Shown here piece by piece: positions 11,381 to 25,113 of a stretch of 64,000 bases of DNA. The position numbers and the translations under genes are program-made. Under the pieces are notes generated by a model. The model saw nothing but the letters and a program-made list of their open reading frames with translations, did not search any database and had not been told where the DNA came from. The stretch's first letter is position 1; each line of letters opens with the position of its first letter. The stretch covers positions 69,814,001 to 69,878,000 of the forward strand of contig OZ076409.1 in the NCBI GenBank assembly GCA_964187785.1, read 5' to 3'. The DNA is from Amphiscolops sp. MND2022 (Eukaryota).

Positions 11381-13859
11381 ACAGGTGACAAAACAATGCA
11401 CTGATATGAAAGTGCATTCACGGTGGAAACTGTCAGTCATTTCCGTTTTTTGGTATCAATGTTTAGCCAATTCACTTTTCTCAAAGAATTAGTTTTAACT
11501 ATGGCTCCCACTCCTGAAAAGAAGAATCTTGCCAAAAGCAAGAAATGGCCCAATAGCTCGTTGAGAAATTCTATCAGGAAAACGAGGAGATGTCCAAATC
11601 TGAATTCGCAAAGAACTTCAAAAATTGGGCCTGAACCTATTGTATCTTGGCTAACACTCATCAAAAAAGTTTTATGCTTCGGAAGAAACGCAATGACCAC
11701 AAAGCAAAAATCTTGATTCATGCAAAGAAGCAAAAACTCAAAGACTTCTCTGAATATAAGTCATGAGTTTCGCAACGATCTGACATCGAAATTCGTACGT
11801 GAACAGCAGTATTCCTTACGCTAACTTGGTATCACTTACTGTAAGAAAAAGAATGTTCCATTGATAGCAGACCAGTAGTCCCTGGCAAAAACTTAATCTG
11901 TGTCTGCTAAGCTGGGAAAACGTGTTTTCAAGGCGACAGCTCGGGTTCAAAGTGCCATGGATGATGAATCTTATTTCTCAATTCAAATTGACAATGTGCC
12001 AGGCAACGACGGGTTAAAAATATCTGGTGGCTCAAAGACAACCCATAGATGTTATAAACACACTGGGAACCAAAATTTGTTTTAAAATTTTTCGTTTGGA
12101 TGGCCAATTGTCCAAAGGTGTGTTTGATATGGTCTTGAGAGAGAGAGAAGATTATCAACTCAAGTTTTGATCTTGAAAAATTGAAGAACGGTCTTCTTTG
12201 ATTTCGTGGACAAGCCCTTTACAAAGTGCGATCAATTCTGGATTTGGTTTTAAGTTGCAAACGCTTTATGTGGCCAAATATGTTGTAGATTGGTTGAATG
12301 ATCAAACTTTCAATTTCTTGAGAAAGATGAGAACCCGGCTACCAGTGCTCAGTTAACGCCAATCAAAAATAACTGGTGTTTAGTTAAACATGAAGTCTTT
12401 GCATGAGGTTGGAGAGCAATGTGTGTCACAAATTTGATTTATCGCATCAAGTTTAAAGCTCGTACATTGGATGAAAGTGTGAACTAAAAACTTTTCGAAA
12501 ACCTGCCAAACAATTTGGCAGGCTGAAACTAGAGGACTAAATCAATTGATGAAATGAACAAAACTACTCACAAGAATTCAATCTAAGTGTATGCTATTTT
12601 TCATTTTTAATCGGCTCTTCATGAAGTGAAACGCGACTATTATAAAGACTCTTTTTTTTCTATCCACACGAACTGACCAAAATAGTTCTTAAAAATTCTA
12701 CAAAAAATTATTGCACCAAATTGCACTATTCGGCCTAGCGAACTGAATCAAAAAGGTTTTTCCTGTTTTTCCGCGTAACAAACCATACGGGGCGAGACCA
12801 AAGACTCCCCCCTTTCATTTTTTTCGGCACTGCGAGACTTTTTTTTCGAAAAAAAAAATTTCCCCAAAGGGTCCCCCCTGCATTTTTTTGATGTTTTGCG
12901 ACAGAATGGATGTTGAACCAGAGTCGCATATGCGGTAAAGGAGTCGGCTTAAGTCTTTTTCCTTCTGACTCGCTTTCGTTCGAATCGTATGAACAGTTTG
13001 TGAGAAAATCGAAAAAATCGAAAAATGACTGTTTTTTGGCCATTTTTGGGCTAATTTTGGCTATGTTTCTCACATCCCAGCCATACGATTTTGATGCCAC
13101 TGCACATATGGGACTCTAATATGGTGTAGAATAACTGTAGAAAATTTCGTTCGAATCGTATGGACAGTTTTTGAGAAAATCGAAAAAAGTCGAAAAATGG
13201 CTGTTTCTTGGCCATTTTTGGGCTAATTTTGGCTATGTTTTTCACATCCAGGCCATACGATTTTGATGCCTTTGCACACGCAGGGGCCCCTTTGGGTGTA
13301 GAATGACTGTGCAAAATTTCGTGAAAATCGTATGGACAGTTTTTGAGAAATTTGAAATTTTCATGAAAAGGTCGGGAGAAAAAAAAACAAAAAAAACAGC
13401 ACGATTGCATAAGTAGTCGAAAATTTTTTTCCGACTCCTAAAAATCCCAAAGGGTCCCCCCTTTCAGATTTTTTCGGCATTGTGAGATTTTTTCCCGAAG
13501 ATGAAAATTTTTGTTTTTTTTCAATTTTTTCATGTTTTGCGACAGAATGGATGTTGAAAAACCTCAAATTGTCCTCCCTTTCAGTTTTTCGGCATTGTGA
13601 GACTTTAGCGCGCCAGGGGCTCGCGCTAGCGGGCCCCGGCGCGCCACTCGGTCCATTTTTTTGAGTATGTAAGTTTTCGAAAAAAATTTTTCAAAAAATT
13701 TTGATTTTCGAGTACTGTAAAAGAGTACTTGACACTTGGAAGTCTTTTTGCTATTTTTGAGCCTTAGATATGGCGCCGACTTGGGCCGGTCCCGGCTTGT
13801 TTTAGCTTCCGTATTTAAATCTTCAATCAAGTTGCTGCAAAATTTTGTTTGTCACCCGT
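11381..13859 (+). mobile_element. Decayed Tc1/mariner (ITm, DD37E-like) transposon interrupted by a dispersed repeat
   Basis: TA-flanked imperfect TIRs ACAGGTGACAAAACAA / TTGTTTGTCACCCGT. Transposase remnants MDDESYF (~11957) and NPATSAQLTPIKNNW (~12332, a degenerate NP-NSPQLRPIEN-W). Frameshifts and stops throughout. Confidence 0.65.
12610..13801 (-). mobile_element. Copy of an abundant dispersed repeat family (DINE-1/Helentron-like non-autonomous element)
   Basis: Terminal motif ACAAG...AAGTCGGCGCCATATCTAAGGCTCAAAA and internal CGGCA-TG-GAGACT and AAGGGTCCCC units are shared with ~500-567+6050-6282, 20305-20445, 28080-29168, 30240-31320, 37972-38450, 55212-56076 and 57524-58060. The class assignment is inference. 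Confidence 0.6.
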
Positions 13860-14029
13860 TAATTTTATTGAAAGTTTACTAGAGTCTTGTCGTGTCATTG
13901 ACCATGCGTAAGAACGCACGGAATGTCTATGAATTGTGTAATCGTGTTATCAACTCTCGAGAACCTTAAGTTCACCTTAAGTTCAAAGACTTCTTCACAA
14001 TAAGCAAGAACTGAACTGCGCTGATTTCA

Positions 14030-14745
14030 ACCCTAGCCGAGATTGCCTGAACTTTTTACATGCTGCATGGAAACATGCAGGCTAATTTTTTATAAAACAT
14101 GGAAATTCCGGGACCGTGCATGGAAACATTTTGTAGGATTACAATGCAGGCTTCACTATTTGAACTAAAACTGAAAACAATTCCACTTCTTCGCCGCAGC
14201 GATCACTTTGTTTTCACGCGTAAGTTTCTCGAGTAAGTACCTTATGTAATCACCGTTAGTCAAATAGCACGCTGAATATGGAGTTAGTTTGAAACTTATA
14301 AAGTGACTGAAGTTTATTTGCATTGAAACTGCGGTAAATTTAATGAAGTTCTCAGCTGCTTTCAAAATTAGAACGCCGTCCTAATGAAACCTGCAAAACA
14401 TTTTGCGGCGCAGAATTACCGCCAAAATTTAGTATGCATCTCATAGGCAGCTTGATAAAATTAAATTGATTCAGTGAAATTTTGATCCATGGAAGTCTCC
14501 TGAAGTTTATTTGCATTGAAACTGCGGTAAAACTGATTAGGGTCTCGGTTGCTTTTAAAATTAGAACGGCGTCTTCATGAAACCTGCAAAACTTCGCGGC
14601 TCGGAATTGCCGCCAAATTTAGGATGCACCTTATAGACAGCTTGATAAATTCAAATCGAATCAGTGAAGATTCAATGCATGGACATTTTTTTGAGAACTG
14701 TATGAAATCATGGAAAATTAGCTTGGTAACCTACAAAAACATGTA
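14030..14745. repeat. Dispersed repeat, second copy at 47028-47552; this copy has an internal ~190-bp duplication
   Basis: AACCCTAG-CGAGATTGC-TGAACTTTTTACATGCTGCATGG... is collinear at both loci. Confidence 0.85.
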
Positions 14746-14862
14746 AAAAGTTCAAGCAGTTCCAACCAGGGAAGTGAAACTAGCTTTAAGCGTTTTGAAA
14801 TATAAAAATTTCTGAAAACAGTAGTATTTCGATCGACTTCACAACAATGAAATAAACCGGTT

Positions 14863-15947
14863 CTCCTGACTAAGTGTGGTCCTTATTTTATAAGTGTGGT
14901 CTCTGCATATTTTGTCGATTACCAGAAATTTCGTCGTCGGAAATTTCGTCGTCAGAAATTTCGTCGCCAGAAATATCGTCGACGGAAATTTCGTCGTCAG
15001 AAATTTCGTCGTCAGAAATTTCGTCGTCGAAAATTACGCTCTATAAAACGTTGCATTTTGTCTAAGCTATTAGGAATTGTCTAATGGTATTGATGTCTTA
15101 AAATTATCGAGTATTGATAATTATCTAAATAATTATCGGTAATTGTGCAATTATTGCTATTATTGACTTTTAGTAATGGTTTTAACCGAAAAAGTTTCGG
15201 ACCATGTTCCTTATCGCTCCCACCCCAGATACACAATGTTTCTTGTCCCCCCCAACACGAATTTGTTTCGACACTTGAAGCAAAAATTCCCCGGAATTTT
15301 CGACAGTTTTTCGACAAAAAAACGAATACAATGCAAATTTTCTCCGTCATAAATTAAATTGGCTAGTATGGTGTGAATCACCATACACCGGTACAATGGT
15401 TCAGGACTGAAAATATACCATTGCTCAATAAGCGTCTTGATGAATTGATTGAATGCAATTATTTTTTTGACTCAGTTGTGGTGTCAAAATGAAACTTGTT
15501 AAGATCTCTCATTTTAATAATTAAATAATTGAATAATTCAAATAAGCTCTTTTCGCGAACGCTGTTACTTTTTATCAATACGACGAAATTTCCGACGACG
15601 AAATTTCCGACGACGAAATTTCTGACGACGAAATTTCTGTATTTGCTAATACGACGAAATTTCCTGCAACGAAATTTCTGACGACGAAATTTCTGGCGAC
15701 GAAATTTCCGCCTCCCATTTTGTCGGAAGTATTATTATAACGTCGTCAGCTATGTTCACATAACCCTAGTGCCCTAAATGCACGAGCGACGTGCCATATG
15801 GCCATGCCTCAATGTCGCTACTTGGCGAAGAGAGCGAAGCGACCGAGCCATACAACAAATATGCTAACCTCTTCTAGGGACCACGCTTAGTCAGGAGATT
15901 TCGGGCCGGCTGCATAAATTTTGTAAGGACCACACTTAGTCAGGCGT
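14863..15947. mobile_element. Small TIR element (MITE) hosting a foldback insertion
   Basis: CCTGACTAAGTGTGGTCCTTA at the left; inverted copies at 15879-15898 and 15925-15945. Confidence 0.65.
14918..15716. mobile_element. Foldback (Mutator-like) non-autonomous element with 9-bp TSD
   Basis: About 7 tandem 15-mers (AGAAATTTCGTCGTC) on the left and their reverse complements at 15581-15710. TSD ATTTTGTCG at 14909-14917 and 15717-15725. Confidence 0.82.
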
Positions 15948-18900
15948 ACCAATTCAACTTTGCACCTTTTATCTTGATGGAAATTTTTACAACTTTGATT
16001 GAATCTAAATTGAAATTTTTTTCTCCATTGAATGTTCATTTCTCTTTTTCCTCATTTGATGGACGTGTAAATGTGTTCGCAAAACAATTAACAAGTACTA
16101 AGTAAGTGTTAACGGACAGTTAACATCCTCTCAAACCACCGCAGTCATTTTCACATTGCGGTAATTGCTCTGTTCAATCATGATGTGCAATTTTATAAAA
16201 ATTGGGCCAATTTAGATGCTTTTTCCATAGTGTTTTCCCAAAAATCACTTTTCCCATAATTTTTACAAGGTTCCAAATGGTAAAGTTGAACAACCTTTAA
16301 AAGTAATCCTCTTAACTTATGACCAATTAAGTGAGATTACATCTGCATATTTATCACCTGAGGAGGTGGATTATTGGTCCCTTTATTACAGCTTGTAATA
16401 CTAAAAATGACAATAAAAAGACCGGGACGAAGCAATCAATCACCCGACAGAGACTAATAATCTGTATACCCAATAATTAAATTACAGTAACCCCTGTTAA
16501 ATAAAGTGTGTAACTTATATTTGAATTAAATTGGATTGTGCCCGAAGAAAGAAATCAAGAAGTTGATTATAACACCTGCGAGATCTAAATTTGGAAGAAA
16601 AATTGAGAATTAGTTTTCCGGAACCTTTAGAAAACTTATCACAATAGAAAAAATTCCTTTGTTTGCAAAAAATGATTAAATTTTTGTAACAATATGGATG
16701 GTAGTGAAAAATTTTTATATATGTTTTCTTGGTGATTAGTAGATTTAATGATGATATTAGGAAAATGATTTTTTAATCTTGGCTAATGTTAAAACTTGAT
16801 GAAGCGTGAACGTTTTTAAGGCGTTGTTTTGCACCGATGCTGCAAATGTGAACGAACTGCAAATGATGATGAGGACTCGAACCCTCGAGCTTGGATTATT
16901 TTTGAACTAACTAATGGGAAATGCTTTCAGCCGTCCATCTCAAAACCAATTAACGTAAAGTGATTTTTATGGATTGCGCAATTTTCAAAAGTTGCTACTG
17001 GTCCACAGGACTACTGGTACTACAAGTCTACTGCTACACTTAATTGATTGAAATTGGCTCCTTGAATACTTTCAAAACTCGTCATATTTTATGGGAACTT
17101 TCAATATTCCCAGTAACATGAAATGTTTTGTAATTTCAAAGGACTATTTGATCCAGGAACATTGGGATGAATTTTTCCTGAAGATGTTGTTATAAACATA
17201 AAGCAGTAATGCTTTAATACAAGATTTCATCAATACTTTTTTTCCTGAAAATTTCAATTTTCACGGAATGAAGTTTTTTTGAAACAACCTATTTCGGCGA
17301 TAACTGCACGGCAATCTATGCGAATATTAAAGTACAAAATCCCTGGTTGCTTGTAAAAAAAACTTCACCGTGAACAATTGCGACCTTTTTTTAAAATAAA
17401 AAATTGCTTTGAAGCCCCTCACTTCGATTATCGGGGACAGGCAAAAAATGTTCTTTTTAACCGGAAGCTTAAACGGTTTTTCGGAGCTAACAAACCCCGG
17501 GAAAAGGTGCGGTTTCTCAGAGTTTCCCTGTTGCCACCTTATTTATGGAATAGCGAAATAGAAAACTCCTATCGATTTTATTCTTAATTGCAACTTTGTC
17601 GGTTTATGAAAAACTTTGCCAAAATTGCAGTCGTAACATGAATAAATAATGAAAAATATTTACTGAGTTTTCTTCACCTTCTAAAACACTTTATTGGAGC
17701 CAGAAATTTGTCGAAATTTTAGTTGTCAGCATTTTCTTTTGATCTTCCGTGAAAGGCTGTGATTGGTCGGTTTCACATATTGATTAGGTTTCCTAAATAT
17801 CAAAATTCGGCGCCACAAGTCGAATCTCCAAATGACGTCATCACGTTTTTATTCTCATTTAGATCTCAAACTGGTATTGAAAACGTCACATTGGTTGAAA
17901 TTCTATACTAGCGTTTCGATTGTCATTTTGAGTTTAATGAGAAACAAGAAGTGAATGATTCGAAGCTTTATGAAAATTGTCAAGAAGTAGAAATACCCGA
18001 AAAGACTTTCAAAACTCTTAAAAACCATATCCTATTATTTTATGTGTACAATTTGTAAATTTCATTCTGTTCCATTTTCATCAGACGAAAACTTAGATTT
18101 ACAAACTACAGCTTACCCATGAAAATATCAAAATGCGGAAATCTAGTCGGCTGTTTGATAAAACTGTTCTTAAAGAACGCAAAATTGTCCCCATGGCTTT
18201 TGATCAAATTCTTACGCGATAATTGTTCCTCGACTATTGTATCCAGAACAATGCTATCTTATCTCAAGAAATACACCCCGAGGTCATATGCAATTTTGAG
18301 AGTAAGACGCTGATAACCCGCTCGCCGTGGTGCACAGTGGCCACAGTAGGATCGGTAAAAGTTTCGTCAAAACATAGGCAGCCCTGAGAAATTTTGACGC
18401 TGTGAGAACAAATTTACCAACAAAAACAACAGTAGGTTAGTGTTTGTTCCTGAATGAGAAACAAAATTTCCTTTTGAAGGCCTAAAAATGGCAAAATTTG
18501 AAGCATTAGCAAATTTTATTCATACAGTATTATATCTAGTATCATATCCGACTGCGATTATTTTCATCGTACGTTAGCAAAAAGTTTATAAAGTATCATC
18601 GGATAAGCATTAATGTCAGCTAAAACTTTCGACTTACAACAGGTGAGTACATTTTCGAATGCTGAAAAAAAATAGAATCTACAAGGTTTAGAAAAAAAAA
18701 ACAAAAAACTTCTACAAGAAAGCTAGCAATTTGTTGTTGGAGAAAGATTAGAAAACCGCGCACTCTTGGACACTGTGGAACTGAAAAAATAACTTTTTTG
18801 AGAAGTTTTTAATTTTTTGAATTTTTGTTATTTTTACTGTTCTCTGTAGAAATATAAGTCATTCCAGATTCGAAAATCCAATCGTTGTGAATTTTGGAAC

Positions 18901-21231
18901 CATGGGATTAATGAGAACAAGGGTTCCTTGTTTTACAGACGACTTTTTTCTTCTCGATTTATCTGGAATTATGGAATTACTTTTTCTTCATAGGAGTTGT
19001 TTCGAAATTGTAGGCTAAGACAACTTCGAGATCTGTATGTTTAAGATGTCAATTCAGTTCAAGCGAAATTTCGTTATCACAATATGTGTGGTACCTTTTT
19101 ATACGGAGAGCGGAACAATATCTAAGGAAATGTAAAACGGGAATATAATGAGGATACCTAAAATGAGCACGAAGTCTGCGGGAACCATAGAATTTATATC
19201 TATACACGAAAACAATTAAAATATATATTTAGATACCCTAGAACCGATAAATTATGAATATAATGAAACCATAATATTTACTCCTTGAAAAATTAGCAAG
19301 AATACCTCCAAAAACGAAAGTTCGAAACCTATCTGGCGACTTCAGGAAACGCGGTGCCGAAACGCGTCCTTAATGCTACCCGGAACATTAAGGTAACCCA
19401 TATAACAGAACAGAAACAACGGTATAAAAGAGAACATTGATGAAATGATTCATGAATGCGCGCCGATTTCCAATGATAACCACTAGGTGATAATCGAATT
19501 TTTGGAAATTTTTTTTCAAACATGTTCAAGCATACTGTGATCATAGTCACCGACATGCTTTTCATAATATGACCATACTATGATCATGGTATGATTCATC
19601 ATTTCCGAATATGCCGGTCAACTTGGGTTATCAAAAACGACATTATTATAGCTCAGTTTGAGAAAATACAGAAGTTCGACACTAGTTTGATGAGAAACAA
19701 GTCCAGGAGAAAAGTGTTTAAATACGGAGAAAAACCCAAAAAGAGAGAACCTTCCATGCTGAAAAAGGGTTTTAACTGAAAAAAAAACAAAATCACGAAA
19801 ACAAACCCACTTTTGAAATGAAGGGTTTTTCTATCAATATCGAGCCGTCTCAAAATAAACCCAAGGGAGACAATTTAGCTTTATACAGTTTCCTTATTCA
19901 GTTAAAATTCTACAAGTTTTTCTCTTGAAACTCTTGGCAAGATCTTGCAAGATCGCACATATTATTGGCGCTTCTGATAAGAATCTTGCCAAGATTGATT
20001 CCTACCAAGGGTTTCACGAAAATGTATGATTCTTATCAAGAATTTCCAGAGTTTTCTCACTGGGTAGCTAGATTTGATTTCTAGCAAAAAAAAACAACCA
20101 ACGATGTTGGATTCGAATCCAAATCGAGCGCTGAATCCGAATTCTGCTTGTTATTTTTGGATTTTTTACTTTGATGTGTTTGATCAAACAATCCGGCATG
20201 ATCCAAGTTGGCGCTTCATTAGACTATCCTGCTTCTGTCAGAATTTTCTACCTGAGAAAACTTCTTTTCAACAACAATAGAGCAAATTCTACGAGGAAAG
20301 AAACCAAGCCGGGAAAGCCATAAGTCGGCGCCATATCTAAGGCTCAAAAATAGCAAAATGACTTCAAAATATCAAGTGTTCTCTTTTACAGTACCCGAAA
20401 AACCCAAAAGTTGGATCGAATTGGCGCGCTAAGGGGGGGGGGGGCAGAGTGTCTTTGGGCGTATTGTCCGGACACCATTTCCAGGTAAACAATCAAATGG
20501 GATTTTCGTTTTTTTTTCTGTTACTTTGAAGTTTCAAATTTTCATAAATTCTCCATTGTCTGAAAGAACGGAACCGATTTGTTGCTTTTAAAGCTTCTGC
20601 GCACTGATTATTCCGTAAAGTCATTTTGAAAATAAGAAAGATCTTTAAAAAAACAAAAAGAGAGTCTTTTTGCAGTGCTTTTATTAGGTTTGAGCTGCAG
20701 ACAACCGATGAAATCTTCAAAGAACGAGACCAATATTTATCTAATTCAGTCAATTTAGAACTCTTTGAAATCGACATGAAGCGATAGACATGAATTAGAC
20801 TGTTTCATGAACATCAACTGGAAAATTCAATTGCCTTGACTAATCGTCATTATTGAAAGCTTTCAAAAGATATCTTCCGTGCCTTTGAAATTTTTCATAC
20901 CTACTTATTTCAGGAAAAGCTGTTCACTTCTGCCATAAGACGATTCTTGACAGGGGCTAATTAGGCGGGATTTCAATTTTCCACTACGGTGACTTTCAGG
21001 AAACGCGTTAACCTGAAATTTCCTCGTTTTCCACGAAAGTGTAGCTCCGGTTTGAACAAACACAGTTGGTCTTTTTATCTTTGGCTGTATCCTTTCTGGA
21101 TTGACTGACCCTAGCCTGGGAATTTATTTTATCCCGTTTTTTTTACTATTTTCCATTGACACCTCCATTGGTGCGTAAGTGGTTGTCATTGGTAATGGAG
21201 CTCTTCCTTCCTTCACCCCTGTGTGTTACAG

Positions 21232-21330
21232 CTCGGGTGTACCCCCCTTCATCTGGCAGCAGTGCATGGACATCTAGAAGCAGCCAAACTCCTCATTAAA
21301 GAAGGATGTCCAGTCAACTTCAAAAATCAG
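21232..21330 (+). CDS. ANKRD6: Ankyrin-repeat exon (LGCTPLHLAAVHGHLEAAKLLIKEGCPVNFKNQ)
   Basis: AG/GT boundaries, 99 nt, phase 0, TPLH consensus; LI-x-EGC as recalled for ANKRD6. Confidence 0.88.
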
Positions 21331-21548
21331 GTAAAAATTGTTTCTAGTATCAGAGTTTCAGCGCCCAATAAAAAATCAAAAACAGAGCTTTTTAATGAAA
21401 AAAAAAACGAAAGTTGGAAAAATGATTAGGTAGCAGTCAAAGAAGTTGAACTAAATCTATATAATTTTAAAGAGAAATTGATCGAAGATTCGTAGAAAAT
21501 CTTTGGTTTTTTGTCATCAAATTATTTTCAATTTTTTGGATGTTTCAG

Positions 21549-21647
21549 TTCGGAAATACAGCTCTACACGAAGCATGTTACAGAGGCAATGCAAAAGTAG
21601 TCAAATATCTACTGCAGAGAAAAGCTGACAGAATCATTCAAAATCAG
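21549..21647 (+). CDS. ANKRD6: Ankyrin-repeat exon (FGNTALHEACYRGNAKVVKYLLQRKADRIIQNQ)
   Basis: TTTCAG/GTATGT boundaries, 99 nt; GNTALHEA motif. Confidence 0.88.
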
Positions 21648-24600
21648 GTATGTTTAACCAATGTTTCATCAGAAAACAATTCGCGATGCTATAATCCTCT
21701 AAGAAAACTTCAATTTATGCACAGTTGGAGCATTAGAAGTCAAACGCTTTTGAGAGTATAAAATCAACCAAGACGTTCACTGCGTATTAACGAGTCCCTA
21801 GATTTTATGCATGTTCACATAGACAACTACTCATTGGAAAATTTTTGAAATTGAAAATGTTTGAACAAATTTGAAAGCAAGTGAATAAATCGATACATTA
21901 CGACTTAGAATATCAAGCCATAAATAATTGGCATTGACGAAGTAACATCATAGCATTAATTTTGACTATATTTATGCATATGTACTTCCAAAGCAGCTAT
22001 TAAAAATCGTCGAAAATGTGGTAAGGTTTTGAAGTATAATACCCAAACTATCATTCTTAGAGAAAAAGCTGAAGTGTTTTTTTTCAAAGCAATTCTATAT
22101 TGTTTGTTCTATGCATCAGTCAGCGTGAACTAAGTAGCTCACTTAGCACCAAGGAAGTTGTTCAACTGTGAATAGCATCTGCGTTCAAAAGCAACCTTCA
22201 AAATTCGAAACTCTGAAAAATTCAGCTAGGATGTTAAAAGTTTTTTCAAGCCGTTGCAAGTTCATTACAAGCTTGAGCAAGTCAAAGATATGCTATAACA
22301 GACATTGTGCAATATGTTGCGTTTCTATTATCTGAAAGTGAGGTCGAAAAAACTCCATGGTTTTTATAGTAGAGGCACGAAAATTTACTGTAGCTACTTT
22401 GAATAATTTTACCGTAGAAAAAATTTCAAGCGGGAACGGATTCGAGTCCATTTAAGGAAGTAGCTTTCGGTTAGTGTAAGAAAGTAATGACGCTCCATTC
22501 AGTTGCAAACATTTCACAGTAGCAGGCCAGTTAAATAATACCAGACGTTTGAGAGCGTTTTTCTCCGTCTTTGGAATCGACAGGAGTGATGTTACAAGTT
22601 TTTAAAAGCCCTTGAAATGAGCTTTCATTTGGTACATTCGCATTTCTCAATCTTAATCAGGTGAGGAATTATTAGGATTCTCGTCAGAATTTTGGAAGCC
22701 AGAATATGTTATCGTCATTTTTCGCAAATTTTTGCATGCAAATTTGTTTCAACAGGTTGAAGCATTTTGATTATGAAAACGAGTAGAAATAGTCGTTGTT
22801 GGGTGAAATGAGCCTTTATATTGAGTCTCGACTGCTTTTATCGAACGTATAGTGTTTTTTGCAATTTCAAAATTTTGTCCATTGTGATAAAATACGATCT
22901 TGGAACAATGTAATATCTTAGTAAGATCTTAATGAGAATCTTGCCATGGGATCCATGGTTGCTAAGATGTAGTAAGAATTTGGCGAGATCTTGCCAAGAC
23001 AGCCAAGATGCTAGTAAGAGGGCCAACCCGGGTGCGTCTTATTCCGCGTACCGAATATGTCGCAGCCGTTTACACTGCCAACCAAGCTATCAGAACTTGA
23101 ATTTAAAACTTTAAAGTACTTTGAATACAAAAAATTTGCTACAACATATAACCAACACTTCTAAGGATGATAATGTAGTTGGCAGTGTGATAAGCAGGAA
23201 AGTTATTTATTTACTCTGACCAAGATTCCTGTAAGGAAATTCAAGAGATTCGTGTGTAACGAGAAGAAACAAGATCTTTTCAAAGCCTTCAAGAGGAAAC
23301 GGGATTTTGTAAGAATATGCAAGATCTTGAAAACCGTTTGTGCACTAGGAAGAGCTACCGTTGAGCAAGTTGCTCAGGTAAATGATATAACCTCCCTGAA
23401 ACGATTCGTTCAATTCTCTTAGTCCCAGAAAGAGAGCATTGAGGATGTAATTGAGCACTGGGGCGGTATTAAGTTCGAATCTTTCTCCATTCACCATTAG
23501 CGGGCCTTGAGCAGCCTTGAGCAATATTCCTAACTACAACAGAGAACGCGAAGAACCTGTAAAAACTGAATAGCCTAAATTCCAAAGTTTAGCTTTGTGC
23601 TTTAATGACAAAAATTAGTTACACCGTAAACCGATGTAAAAACTTCAGCAACTTTATTAAAAGCAATTTAGCGTCCCTTTACGCTTTTTTGTGCGTAACT
23701 GCAATTGCACCAGTTAAGAGTCCTATGTGTGAAAAGCATGTGATCGAGAGAGTAGCGAAGTGGGAAAATCTCTTATATCTATTGCCAATTTCGGGAAATA
23801 ATGACAGTTCAAACTCGTTATGTTTCTTGAAAATGAGAAAATGATATGAAACCGTTTCGAGATCTTGAGTTTTTGGTATCATTTGGGTTGATGCGTCATG
23901 CTGGTACTTCTAAAATATATTTCCGCCAGGAAATATTTCAAGAGTTCTTTTGCAACTCCCAAGAACAGGTGCTCTCTAAAGCAGGAAATTTGTGTGAATT
24001 CGAAATGAAAGTATAACTACATTTGATTTAACCGTGTTGAAAAACTTCCTGGTATTTGTCACAATTGTAAACGTCAAAATTTATCAGCTAAGTTATAAAT
24101 CATGGCTTCTTTATCATGTTCTGTAGTTACTACGGCACCTTCAGCTTGTTACAAGTTCCGAAAATCCGGTTTTGACTGGTTTTGGCTTCATTATTTTGTA
24201 TGGCAACGCTGGACGCCTCTCTGAACAGCTGCTTATCAATGGAATACTTTCAACCGGCGCCTTTATTAAGAACTCTAATTTGAGATTATCTGCTATGTCA
24301 CACAAGAAAGTGGCAGTAATAAGATTTTCATTATTCTACTGCAAGCATCTTTACGAAACCGCCCCTCAATTGGTGCTTTTATGATATGCATTGTTACTCC
24401 CTATAAAGCCAAGCCTCGATAAGCAAGTCAAGAAGAGTCTCCCGAATTATTGCACCCATGTTGTATTATTTATAAACAGGGTATTAAGTATATTACCAAT
24501 CACACCTAATAGGAGTAGCTCTTTATATAAAAATGCCTCCTCTTAGGTTCCACTTGAAGAATCAAAGCTTATAACGATATTTCATATCCTGTTATAACAA

Positions 24601-25014
24601 TATATTTTCAGTATTTGATTCTATTGTCTAGACTTCTTGAATTATTTTGTCCAGAAAATTGGTTATCATTGACATAGATTCTAATCTATAAATTATTCAA
24701 GTTTTAGCCATGCTTGAATAGCGAGAGTTTGGCGGTGTATTACAAAACAACTGAGTTTTTCCTCTTTGATAATTTGGGACCTTTATAAGTCCGTAGACTT
24801 CCCCGCCAAGAAGAATACCTAATTGGCGCCAAATTTAAGGTCACGTGATGTACCACGTGACTTTTTCAAAGGAGACGTTTTTCAGAAATATTACCTCCCC
24901 TGGTATTGATTTGTGGGAAAACGCTAATCAATAATGCCCTTTTAAGTACTACTGATCAAACGAAAGTGCTTGGTAGTAATACTCGAGTTAGTTTTTCAAC
25001 AACCAATTTTTCAG

Positions 25015-25113
25015 GATGGAAATCAATGCCTGCACTTAGCCTGTCAAAGTGGCCACGCTGAAGTTATCAAATTACTCCTCAAAGCCGGAGCTGATCCCAA
25101 TTCCAAAAATTTG
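25015..25113 (+). CDS. ANKRD6: Ankyrin-repeat exon (DGNQCLHLACQSGHAEVIKLLLKAGADPNSKNL)
   Basis: TTTCAG/GTTAGT boundaries, 99 nt; LHLACQ motif. Confidence 0.88.

Noticed and set aside
14874..15084. ORFs with SSEIS / RRQKF repeats, or a CRISPR-like array
   Set aside because: They are translations of a 15-bp tandem repeat in a foldback arm. There are no unique spacers, no cas genes, and the context is eukaryotic.
16870..22450. tRNA genes from GTTCGA-like motifs (~16875, ~22437)
   Set aside because: Only isolated T-arm-like motifs; no cloverleaf.
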